Below, in pieces: positions 9,651 through 18,663 of a stretch of DNA of 25,369 bases. The position numbers were made by a program, and so were the translations under genes. The stretch is from a virus (Duplodnaviria > Caudoviricetes): positions 1 to 25,369 of the IMG/VR virus record IMGVR_UViG_3300031519_000199, one strand, 5' to 3'. Position 1 is the first letter of the stretch. Every line of letters starts with the position of its first letter. The notes beneath the pieces were generated by a model. It was not told where the DNA came from and made no database searches. It was given only the letters and a program-made list of their open reading frames with translations.

Positions 9651-11711
9651 ATGGCATATCAACCAATTGAACCTGTAGGTTTGGGTAGAAATGTTTCTGC
9701 TGAGATGATGAAAGGTGGCCCACGACTACAAGAAGAAATTAAGACAATGGGGCCAAACACGATCAAGATGATTGCGTTGCAGCAGATTGCCGACCAGCAA
9801 AAACAAAAAGCTTCACAGGCAAATCTTCAGGCACAAACCAATCCTGCTACTGTAGTACAGCAATTGGAACAGCAGCTTGGTGGTATGGGTCAACCCCAGC
9901 AGAGTATGGGGCTTCCTCCTATGCGTGATAAAGCGCAACAGGTTGGTGGTGCACTTGCTCAGAAACAACAGCAACAGCAGAAGAATATGCAGCGCGCTGC
10001 ACAAAGCCCACAACAAGGGCGACCTCCGATGATGGCTGGCGGCGGGTTGCTATCTAGACCTGCACCGAATATAGATCCACGGTACTTCGAAGGTGGCGGC
10101 ATCGTTGCTTTTGCAGAGGGGGGCGGGGTAAGTAGTGAAGAATTAAAAGAGATGGGACTTACCTACGAACAGTTTGCGAAGCTTAGTTCTAAGCAACAAG
10201 AAGCGGTAGCAAAACAAATAAATTTTGAACGTAGGCAAAAACAAGACTTATCAAGGTTAGATCGAGTTGCATCTGGCACGCTTGATATTGCAACTGCCCC
10301 TATAGTAGCGGGTGCTAACGTCCTTGAAATGGCTAGAACCAGCGGAATAGGTAAATCGTTAGGGTTGGCTGACCCAGAAGAAGAAGCTAGACATACCCCG
10401 TATATGCAATTTATAGACAGAGCTAAAGCTACCGATGCAGCTAACGCAGGGCGGACTTCGCAAGAAGGTATTTTGAGTCAAATCAAGAAAGATATGGGTG
10501 GTGAAAGCGTACGCACAGGTATTGATACGCTCACTAAAGAACTACAAGGGCAATTTGACGAGAACATTGGTGGCCCCAGCAAAGACCCATTAACTCCTTA
10601 TTCTGGCCCTAAAGTTCCAAAACCTGTAGGACAAAGTGCACCCGAAGAAGTGGAAGTAGTAGAAGAAGTAGTGAAGCCGAGACCGGCAATACCAAAGATA
10701 ACTTCTACAGGTATAGATACCCCTAAAAGTCTAAAAGATGCGGGGCAAAGACCTGACAGAGAAGCAATAACAAAAGGTTTGGGTGCCCTTAAAACGGCGG
10801 GTGTAGATGAAGAAGCAGCGGCTAGGACAGACTACAAAAAACAAATGCGGTTAAGTCCTGAACTCAACGAAGAAAGAAATGAGATGGCGCGGCGAACCAA
10901 GGAGCGTGAGGAGAACTACAAACCTTCTAGAGCGACAACCATCAGAGAAGCATTAGCAGGTGCAGCGAACAGGGGTAGCCTTGGTTCTGTAGGTGCAGGT
11001 ATTTCAGGTGCGATGTCAGCTAGAGAAGGCGATATCCAAAAACGTAAGGATAGTTTGTTCAAAGCCCGTCAAGATTCACTCGACAAGTTAGTGATGCGTT
11101 CCGATGATATCGCTAAAGGCGCTGTAACTTTTGGTGCTGATGCTAGGAAAGGGTTTAAAGAAGATGCGCGAACGTTGGTTGACGTTGAAGCTAGAATGTA
11201 CGCAACAGAAAGTGCTGATGCTAGGCAAGCAAGGCAGCAAGAGGCCGATATCGCTATTGCAAATGCAGGGCAACAATTTACAGCGCAAGTCGAAAACGCG
11301 AGGAATACGTTGAAAGCTCAATCAGATGCGGATCTGGCTGGTTACCGAAAAGAGTCTAATGTGATTGCACGAGAAGGGAATACACAACGCGCAACGAAAG
11401 ACAGAAACACCCTAATTAACAATATAAATAAAGGTAAAGCTAAAACGCAAGCCGATATAGCTGCAGTAATTGCAGAACGCGCGGCTGCATTGGATTCAGT
11501 AGAGGCTAAAATACCCTCTAGTGTAGAGGAAGACGATCCAGAAGCAGTTGCAGAGTGGAAAGAAGGTATTCTATCAGCAATGGCTAAAACGTACGCTCCA
11601 ATGTTAGATGCTTACGATGCACAGCTAAAAGACTTAGGGATAGATGTTCCTGAACCTGCAGCACCGACAGAACCGAAAGCTTCGCCAACATTTGCTTCGT
11701 TGCCGAAATAA
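9651..11711 (+). CDS. Putative internal virion/ejection protein
   Basis: 686 aa. Gln/Met-rich N-terminus ending in MAGGG/FEGGG/FAEGG motifs, then a long Ala/Glu/Lys/Arg-rich helical region. Synteny supports the call. Confidence 0.65.
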   Translation: MAYQPIEPVGLGRNVSAEMMKGGPRLQEEIKTMGPNTIKMIALQQIADQQKQKASQANLQAQTNPATVVQQLEQQLGGMGQPQQSMGLPPMRDKAQQVGGALAQKQQQQQKNMQRAAQSPQQGRPPMMAGGGLLSRPAPNIDPRYFEGGGIVAFAEGGGVSSEELKEMGLTYEQFAKLSSKQQEAVAKQINFERRQKQDLSRLDRVASGTLDIATAPIVAGANVLEMARTSGIGKSLGLADPEEEARHTPYMQFIDRAKATDAANAGRTSQEGILSQIKKDMGGESVRTGIDTLTKELQGQFDENIGGPSKDPLTPYSGPKVPKPVGQSAPEEVEVVEEVVKPRPAIPKITSTGIDTPKSLKDAGQRPDREAITKGLGALKTAGVDEEAAARTDYKKQMRLSPELNEERNEMARRTKEREENYKPSRATTIREALAGAANRGSLGSVGAGISGAMSAREGDIQKRKDSLFKARQDSLDKLVMRSDDIAKGAVTFGADARKGFKEDARTLVDVEARMYATESADARQARQQEADIAIANAGQQFTAQVENARNTLKAQSDADLAGYRKESNVIAREGNTQRATKDRNTLINNINKGKAKTQADIAAVIAERAAALDSVEAKIPSSVEEDDPEAVAEWKEGILSAMAKTYAPMLDAYDAQLKDLGIDVPEPAAPTEPKASPTFASLPK

Positions 11712-11723
11712 TAAGGTATTGCA

Positions 11724-14700
11724 ATGGATGTAACCCTACCAAATGGCGTTGTTGTACGGGACGTTCCTGACGATATAACGCAAGCAGAACTAAAACGGCG
11801 TGCTATTGCAGGGGGTATTATAACGGAGGAAGATTTCCCACCCCCTGAACCCGACTTCCTAGACCAGATCGAAGAGTTTGGTAAGGGTATTCCTAGGGGG
11901 ATTATCGGGTTAGCTGAACAGGCTGCACTAGGTGGCGCTTCTATACTGACCGAAGAAGGCGAAGAAGGTGTTCGTGAGTCTATCCTCGATACTGCTGGTT
12001 CTGCCAGAGAGTATTTTGCACCTGACCGTGGCTCTGAAGATACCGTAGGTGGTAAGTTTGGTGAGGCACTTGGGTCGTTTGCGGGTCTTGGCCTTGCTTC
12101 TTTAGTTCCGGGTATTGGTATGCCCCTTGCTGGTGGGTTAGCTGTTGGCGCTGGTGCTGGTGAAGCTAGAGAACGTTCGCGTGCTGCTGGTGCTACCGAA
12201 GGCGAACGTGGCGTTGCTACTGCGTTAGGTGCCGTAATTGGTCTATCCGAACTAATACCACTCAGAGTATTAGGTTCTCTCCGTAAAGGCGTTGACGACA
12301 GTGTTGTTAAACAAATACTAGGTCGCGTCAAACGTGCCGGTATTGCAGGTGGTGCTGAAGGTGCACAGGAAGCAGCAGCAGGAGTAGCTCAAAACCTCGT
12401 CCAGAAAGGTGTTTACGATCCTGACCAAGGCGTATTTACAGGCAGTGGCGAAGCATTTGGCTATGGGGCAGGTGTTGGCGGCTTGGTTCAAGGGCTGCTT
12501 GATCTAGCACTACCTAAGTCAAGAGGTAGGGGCGACGTTGATCCAGACGAAGTAACCGAAGAGTCCATAGAAGAAACACTGCAGTTGGGGTATGACCCTT
12601 CAGCAGAAATAATCTTTGAAGATGGAAGTGTACTACGTGGCAATAGAGAGACAATAGAAGAGGCGGGGTACGACTTCGATGAGGCGCGGCAGAACACTGA
12701 GTTCCGCGCTCTAGCCAAAGCAAAAGAACAAGAAGCCATTGCTGCAGAAGAAGCGCGTACGGATGCTCTCCGTGAATCTTACGGCAGAGCAAATACTCTC
12801 CGTGTACCTGATGCCCTGATAGAAGATGCTAATACCGAAGCATCCGCTATATTTAAAAACCAAGCAATAAAATCACAAATAGCTAGGACTGAAGAAGATA
12901 ACCGTAACCTGTTAGGGTATGAACCAAGAGACTTCGTTACAGACGCTGAAGGTAACACTGTACCGTTAAAAGAAGTCCAAGATAACTACATAATAGATGA
13001 AGTAGACGCCGAAAAAGCTAGGCTAGAAGCAGAAATTGCACAAGCTGCGGCACTTGCTAATCGAGAAGCGCGACCGATTCTAGCCGACCAACCTGCCCCT
13101 CAAGTACTTCAGCAAAGACAGCTTGCTGATGAAGCACAAGCATTGGGAGCAGCGCAAGCAGAGTTAGCCGGTAGACCGCAAACAGATTTATTCCCGCAGG
13201 CACTCACTACAGCAGAGGCGCAAGAAGCCAGAAGACCTGCGCCAGCACCTGCGCCAGAACCTACACAAAAGATCAGCCAAAAGTTCTTGAAGAGTATCGG
13301 TATAACGAGGGCAAAACCGTTATACAGACGGTTGATGGATGATAAAGAAGTTCCTTTGTCGGAACTTAATGCCGAACTCAAAGCATACGTAGACAACCCA
13401 GACGTAAAAGATGCTCCCACCAAAGCTAAGATAAACGAGTTCTTGGGTGTGCCTCAGAACAAACAGATCGAGCTTGCCTTTGGGGAAACCGAAACGGCAG
13501 AGACAGTAAAAGAAGTTACTACCTCATCATCTACAACAGCAGAAAAATCTGTCACAGAAGAAGCGAAAGAAGATACTGGGACAACACCCAAGAAGTTCGA
13601 TATGAAAAGCCTTGAAGGGCTGTCTATCACAGAACAACTCAAGGTGCTTAGAGGTCGGGGTGCACCCACTACGTTTACTCCTGCGGCAGTTGTTGACGGG
13701 CAACTTAAACTTGAGGGGTCTATTTCTGAGACAGATCTTGAGCAACAAGGCGAACAAAGACGCTTCGTAAGCGAAGTCAGCAGGGATATGCAGCGCCAAG
13801 AACTGGATACTAAGCCGCTAACTATTGGCGAGCGTGCAGAAGCTGTAATGGAGTCGCCCCTCGGTATAGACCCTGCACTAGCTAATGTGCCCTCAGAGTT
13901 TCGTGAGAAAGTTACAACAGCAGTAACAACTGAGCGCGCCATTCGAGACGCTATGGCACAGAAGACCAAGGACGAAACTGCTGCAAAGACAAGGAAAGCC
14001 AACGCAGCAAAAGAGAAGGCAAGACAGGGCGATACTACCCGTGAAACAAAGGAACTAGCGGATGGCCCTAAAGGAAAACAAAAACGAAAAGGTGCGGGGC
14101 CTGTTGTTTCCTACGCAAAACAAATTATCGACCAAGCTGCAAAATACCAGCGCCAAGCCAACAAGGTTACTTTTGACACTGACGCTAGTAAGACTACCGA
14201 TATCAAACTAGGTAACGAAAAAGTCGGTACCGTTAAGAAAGTTGGTAAGCAGTGGCAAGTACGGGTCGGGGAAGAAACTAAATCTTTTACGAACAAAAGC
14301 CAGATTAGTAAGTATTTGAACAAAGAATCGAAGGCTATCAACACGAAACGCCTTGCGGTAATAACTTCTGCTACCAACCAAGCTGTAGCTGAGTTGGCCC
14401 CCATCCAGAAAATTAACGAGCAGTTAGAAGCGTACGCCCCTAGGTACAACATGGATATTGATACGCCCCTAGCGGATTCGGTTGTAGAGCAGTTAGAGGC
14501 GGGTAACTTAAAAGAGGCGTTAGAAGCGTTAAGTAAATCTGACCTTAGACCTAGAGTTAAAGACATCGCCAAGGTACTGATGGGTGTAATAGGGGACACT
14601 AAGGTAGTTGTTGTACCTAAAAATCCTACCAACGCTGCGGAAAGACGTTATAGAGAACTTTTAGATAGAAAATCTGGCACGCAAGGGCTTTATATTTGGC

Positions 14701-17700
14701 GTCCCGACACTACGGGTGTACCGACTCCCGGTATAAAGAGCAATGTTATCTTGCTAGATGGGGAGATCGGGCTAACATCCGCTACCCTATTACATGAGAT
14801 GACGCACGCTGCAACTTTTATTACGTTAAAGAATCCGTCTAACCCAACTACTAAACAACTCATTAATTTGTTTGAGTCTGTGAAGCCGTACCTATCAAGT
14901 TCTTATGGGGCTACGAATGTAGAAGAGTTTGTGGCAGAAGCCTTTGGTAACGATAACTTCGCTATGGAACTAGCTACTATTAACGTTCAGGGCGAGCCAG
15001 CTAGTGCTTGGCAGAAGTTTACTAACATCATAGGAAACCTTATCCGTAAGTTGAAAAGGTTAGATACTGTTAAATTAGAAATTGTTGAAGGTGCCGAAAC
15101 GGGTACTGCTCTATCTGAAGCAGACCGACTAATAAGGGATATATTAGCCCCCACAATAAACTCTAGGGGTGCTGGTTCGTTACTAGAAAACTCTTCGGCT
15201 TCTGGTGTAGAGGAAGTAATGCGTAAAGTAGGTAACGTGCAGAAAGACTTCACACCTATGGACAGTGCAGGTAGGCAGAAGTTTGTTGATGATTCTATGT
15301 CGTTCTTATCGACTGCCTCTAAGAAAGTACAACGTGCCTTCCTAGGGTTTATTCCTTCTCAGGGGTTGGCTGATATTGTTGGTGGGTACAATAAGAAGTT
15401 AGGCAAATTTGCTCTAGACTTACACGCTCTTATGGAAGAGCAACGAGGTAAGTTAAACGAGTACGATAACGCTGCTGATGGCACCATGAAGCAGATTGAC
15501 TCGTGGGTCTACGAAAACTGGTGGGCTAAGGCTCGCGGGAAAGTAAAGGATAGAGAGAAGTTAGATTTACTTAACGATATTATATCTACAAGCACCACAG
15601 AAGAAGTCGATCCGTCTAAGCCGCGAAGCACTTACGAGAACAACAAAAAGAAACTAGCGGTATGGAAAGAGCTGCAATCTAGTTGGAACAACTTAGGTGA
15701 AGGTGGTCAGAACGTCTACAAGGCAATGCGAGACTCTTACTCTGTTCGATACAAAGAGTTGGTAGCAGTCCTCAACGGTAGGATTGACGATCTAAATATC
15801 GACAAAGAGAACAAAGAAAAGCTTAGAACGACCGTCATGGAGAAGTTAGCCAAGCGAGGTAAGGTCGATCCTTACTTCCCCCTATCTCGTTTCGGTGATT
15901 ATAAATTGAGCTTCCAAGCTTTTAATGAAGTGACGCAGACTACTGAACCTGTGTTTATTATGTTTACTACAAAGAACGAACGAGATAGATACATCAAAGA
16001 ACGGCTCGGTGACTCTGACGTAGTGATCCAAGACAGTATCGAACTCTACGACGGCAACGATACCCCTGCATATAAGGAAACGGTTTCTGCTAGTTTTGTT
16101 AACGAAGTGCTAGAGATCCTTAGCACGAAAGGCGGTAAGGACGGTACGGGCGTAAGCGCGGAAGTAAAAAACGAAATCCTAAAAACGTTTATAGAGACGT
16201 TGCCTGAGACCTCCTTTGCAAAGAACTTCCAGCCCCGCGCAGGTACAGCAGGGTTTAAAAATGACCATATCGATGTCATGCGTTCTAAGATATACGATCT
16301 TAGCCGAACTATTGTCCGGTTGCAGTTCAAAAATAAAATAGATAAGCAGAAAGAAGCGATCCGTGGGAAGGTTCCCGGTAAAGAAGATTTAGAACTAGTG
16401 AGGATGAGTAGTCGGGATGGGATAGAAAAAGAACTACAGAACGAACTTCTTTTGCGTGCAGACTTTGCAAGAAATCCCCCTAGGGACGGTATCGCACAAG
16501 CTGCTAACCGAGCTGCCTTTATTTGGACAATCGGGTTCAACACTTCCTCTGCGCTGGTTAACTTGTCGCAGATCCCTTTGTTTGTGTTCCCAATGTTGAG
16601 TGGTAAGTACGGCATAGAGGAAGCGGGTTCAGCTATAGCTCACGCATCAGGACTCATTTCGGGCACGGTGCTCAACGAAAGTACTCGGGTTAGAAGAATA
16701 CGTGGGATCGTGCCTTTTGGTAAGCAAGATACCGTTGACGTATTCGCAATGCCCTCTATAGATAACTTGTTTGAGCTGGACGCAGGGGGTAATTATTCTG
16801 TACGCAAAGACCTTGGCCGTACCCCCAAACAAATAAAAGAACTTGAAGCCCTTATACCACTAGTACAACTAGCAGCAGCTAGGGGGCAGCTCAACCGTTC
16901 AATGTTTGCAGATAGCCTTGGGCTAGATTCGTCTGGTCGAGACAAGAGCGTAACCGACAAAGTTAGCTCTTGGTCTGCTTTCATGTTCCATCAGGTAGAA
17001 CAATATAACCGTCAGGTGACTTTGGTTACCACCTACAACTTAGAGCTTGCTAGACTCAATGATAAGAGCAAAGCCACTGCCGCTGAACAGAAACTATCTA
17101 CGCAGGGGAAAAGGGATCTTGCAGCAAAAAATGCGTTGTTTGAAACACAACAACTCAACGGCGGTGCAGTACTAGAGACAGCTCCGAGATGGGCACAAAA
17201 GGGCTTGGGTCGTGTGGCCCTGATGTACAAGCAGTACGGCATTCAGATGTACTACACCATGTTGAAGTCAGCTAAGACCATGCTAAGTAGAGAAGCTGAT
17301 CCAGAAGTTAGGAAAGCCGCGTTCAAACAACTTGTTGCGGTGCACGGTACGGCGCTTTTCTTTGCAGGGGTGCAGGGATTACCGCTTTTCGGTGCATTTA
17401 CCATGATCGCTAACTTGTTACAAGAGGATGACGAAGACACAGCAGAAACAATCGTACGTAAGTACATTGGCGATGGGTGGTATAAAGGTGGCCTAACAGA
17501 ACTGCTAGATGTCGATGTGTCTCAACGGGTAGCTCTGACTAACTTGTTATTCCAAGTAAACCGATTCAACCGAAATCCTTCCCCAGAAGAGACGCTATTC
17601 TACTACTTAGGTGGCCCTGCGTGGAGTGTCGGTAAATCTTTCTTGCGTGGTGGTGAAGAACTACTTAGAGGCGATATGCAACGTGGTATAGAGAGTATGG

Positions 17701-18176
17701 TGCCGGGAGCGGTACGTAATGGCTTAAAAGCAATACGCTACACCGAGGAAGGGGCACTTACTCGACGTAAAGATCCTATCCTAGACGATATTACCAACGG
17801 TCAGCTACTAGCGCAGGTAATAGGTTTTGCTCCCGCTGAATACTCTAGACGGCAAGAAGAGAACCAAGACTTCAAACGTATGGAGTCCACAAGCCGAAAG
17901 AAACGCGGTGACTTAATGAAAAAATACTACTTAGCGTTGCGTATGGGAGACTACGAAGAAGCTCGTGGTGTAAAGCAGGATATCCAAGACTTCAATCAAC
18001 GTATCAGGAAAACATTTCCAAAAGCAATTATTACGTCAGACTCTATCAAAAGATCTATGCGTTCGCACATGAACACTACGGCAACAACACATAACGGTAT
18101 CGCGGTGAGTCCCATGTTCCGTAGCGCACTGCAGCAACACGCAAGGACTAGAGAACCTATAATCTTGGACGACTAA
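11724..18176 (+). CDS. Large polyvalent internal virion protein with zincin-like metallopeptidase and PLxRFG domains
   Basis: 2150 aa with AAGGT SD. Gly/Ala-rich hydrophobic N-terminal domain, LLHEMTH at 14793-14807 with downstream EEFVAEAF, YFPLSRFGDY at 15873-15902, and a helical hydrophobic C-terminal region. Confidence 0.8.
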   Translation: MDVTLPNGVVVRDVPDDITQAELKRRAIAGGIITEEDFPPPEPDFLDQIEEFGKGIPRGIIGLAEQAALGGASILTEEGEEGVRESILDTAGSAREYFAPDRGSEDTVGGKFGEALGSFAGLGLASLVPGIGMPLAGGLAVGAGAGEARERSRAAGATEGERGVATALGAVIGLSELIPLRVLGSLRKGVDDSVVKQILGRVKRAGIAGGAEGAQEAAAGVAQNLVQKGVYDPDQGVFTGSGEAFGYGAGVGGLVQGLLDLALPKSRGRGDVDPDEVTEESIEETLQLGYDPSAEIIFEDGSVLRGNRETIEEAGYDFDEARQNTEFRALAKAKEQEAIAAEEARTDALRESYGRANTLRVPDALIEDANTEASAIFKNQAIKSQIARTEEDNRNLLGYEPRDFVTDAEGNTVPLKEVQDNYIIDEVDAEKARLEAEIAQAAALANREARPILADQPAPQVLQQRQLADEAQALGAAQAELAGRPQTDLFPQALTTAEAQEARRPAPAPAPEPTQKISQKFLKSIGITRAKPLYRRLMDDKEVPLSELNAELKAYVDNPDVKDAPTKAKINEFLGVPQNKQIELAFGETETAETVKEVTTSSSTTAEKSVTEEAKEDTGTTPKKFDMKSLEGLSITEQLKVLRGRGAPTTFTPAAVVDGQLKLEGSISETDLEQQGEQRRFVSEVSRDMQRQELDTKPLTIGERAEAVMESPLGIDPALANVPSEFREKVTTAVTTERAIRDAMAQKTKDETAAKTRKANAAKEKARQGDTTRETKELADGPKGKQKRKGAGPVVSYAKQIIDQAAKYQRQANKVTFDTDASKTTDIKLGNEKVGTVKKVGKQWQVRVGEETKSFTNKSQISKYLNKESKAINTKRLAVITSATNQAVAELAPIQKINEQLEAYAPRYNMDIDTPLADSVVEQLEAGNLKEALEALSKSDLRPRVKDIAKVLMGVIGDTKVVVVPKNPTNAAERRYRELLDRKSGTQGLYIWRPDTTGVPTPGIKSNVILLDGEIGLTSATLLHEMTHAATFITLKNPSNPTTKQLINLFESVKPYLSSSYGATNVEEFVAEAFGNDNFAMELATINVQGEPASAWQKFTNIIGNLIRKLKRLDTVKLEIVEGAETGTALSEADRLIRDILAPTINSRGAGSLLENSSASGVEEVMRKVGNVQKDFTPMDSAGRQKFVDDSMSFLSTASKKVQRAFLGFIPSQGLADIVGGYNKKLGKFALDLHALMEEQRGKLNEYDNAADGTMKQIDSWVYENWWAKARGKVKDREKLDLLNDIISTSTTEEVDPSKPRSTYENNKKKLAVWKELQSSWNNLGEGGQNVYKAMRDSYSVRYKELVAVLNGRIDDLNIDKENKEKLRTTVMEKLAKRGKVDPYFPLSRFGDYKLSFQAFNEVTQTTEPVFIMFTTKNERDRYIKERLGDSDVVIQDSIELYDGNDTPAYKETVSASFVNEVLEILSTKGGKDGTGVSAEVKNEILKTFIETLPETSFAKNFQPRAGTAGFKNDHIDVMRSKIYDLSRTIVRLQFKNKIDKQKEAIRGKVPGKEDLELVRMSSRDGIEKELQNELLLRADFARNPPRDGIAQAANRAAFIWTIGFNTSSALVNLSQIPLFVFPMLSGKYGIEEAGSAIAHASGLISGTVLNESTRVRRIRGIVPFGKQDTVDVFAMPSIDNLFELDAGGNYSVRKDLGRTPKQIKELEALIPLVQLAAARGQLNRSMFADSLGLDSSGRDKSVTDKVSSWSAFMFHQVEQYNRQVTLVTTYNLELARLNDKSKATAAEQKLSTQGKRDLAAKNALFETQQLNGGAVLETAPRWAQKGLGRVALMYKQYGIQMYYTMLKSAKTMLSREADPEVRKAAFKQLVAVHGTALFFAGVQGLPLFGAFTMIANLLQEDDEDTAETIVRKYIGDGWYKGGLTELLDVDVSQRVALTNLLFQVNRFNRNPSPEETLFYYLGGPAWSVGKSFLRGGEELLRGDMQRGIESMVPGAVRNGLKAIRYTEEGALTRRKDPILDDITNGQLLAQVIGFAPAEYSRRQEENQDFKRMESTSRKKRGDLMKKYYLALRMGDYEEARGVKQDIQDFNQRIRKTFPKAIITSDSIKRSMRSHMNTTATTHNGIAVSPMFRSALQQHARTREPIILDD

Positions 18177-18319
18177 TCGTCTATCAAGCGTTGTTCCTTG
18201 TCGAGTATTTGCAATGTGCTCAATACAATCTGATCGTCACCTGCGCCTAATACGTTAGTGTCACGCAGTTTAACCAGCGTAATCCACGCTTGTAGCAGTT
18301 CTATCTTTGTTGGGGTCAT
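18173..18319 (-). CDS. Small 48-aa hypothetical protein (not in the ORF track)
   Basis: Hand translation MTPTKIELLQAWITLVKLRDTNVLGAGDDQIVLSTLQILDKEQRLIDD*. AGGAG SD 7 nt upstream of the ATG. Its stop overlaps the stop of the convergent 2150-aa gene. Confidence 0.7.
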   Translation of the reverse strand: MTPTKIELLQAWITLVKLRDTNVLGAGDDQIVLSTLQILDKEQRLIDD

Positions 18320-18342
18320 AAGGTACTCCTAGGTTAGGAGTT

Positions 18343-18365
18343 AGAAACCCCCTCCGAAGAGGGGG
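18343..18365 (-). terminator. Intrinsic terminator
   Basis: Minus strand reads CCCCCUC-UUCG-GAGGGGG-UUUCU: a 7-bp GC stem with a C(UUCG)G tetraloop and a short U tract. Confidence 0.75.
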
Positions 18366-18424
18366 GACTGCGTTAGCAGGAGGGTGACAGAACGCTGTAT
18401 AGCGAGAAGGAGGACGTGCTGTCT
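18343..18424 (-). ncRNA. Candidate ~80-nt small RNA with anti-Shine-Dalgarno motifs
   Basis: Bounded by an extended -10 box and a terminator. 5' stem GACAG/CUGUC, inner hairpins CGCU/AGCG and CUGC/GCAG, and two CCUCCU motifs. Confidence 0.45.
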
Positions 18425-18429
18425 AGGTA

Positions 18430-18438
18430 AATATATCA
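18430..18438 (-). promoter_or_regulatory. Putative extended -10 promoter (TGnTATATT)
   Basis: Minus strand TGA-TATATT overlaps the stop codon of the 75-aa ORF. Purines at 18424/18423 are suitably placed for +1. The -35 region is weak (TTCGTG). Confidence 0.4.
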
Positions 18439-18663
18439 CAATATCCGCCACACACGAACCCCTATTTTACTGCCCTCAATTCTAACTCGGGTTTCAATAC
18501 TCCATTGTTTTTTCTTGGTTATCGCACGGGTTTGCCTAATAGCTGCGCCGGTATTGATGCACGGGACAAAGACCGACATACCTACATCGATCTCGTCCCA
18601 TATAACTACAATCCGTACCCCGTCAGGGGACAGATCATAAGTCCGTAATACTCCCTGCCTCAT
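18436..18663 (-). CDS. Small hypothetical protein, possibly DNA-binding
   Basis: 75 aa, overlapping the primase 3' end, with GAGGA upstream. Pattern W..I.VG.SVFVPC ... IGVRVWR; basic C-terminal half. Confidence 0.7.
   Translation of the reverse strand: MRQGVLRTYDLSPDGVRIVVIWDEIDVGMSVFVPCINTGAAIRQTRAITKKKQWSIETRVRIEGSKIGVRVWRIL

Noticed and set aside
310-17467. Many minus-strand and alternative-frame ORFs over the virion genes (e.g. 11612-12331, 16046-16615, 9198-9617)
   Set aside because: They are shadow ORFs of long coding genes, with Ser-rich antisense-type composition and no recognisable motifs.
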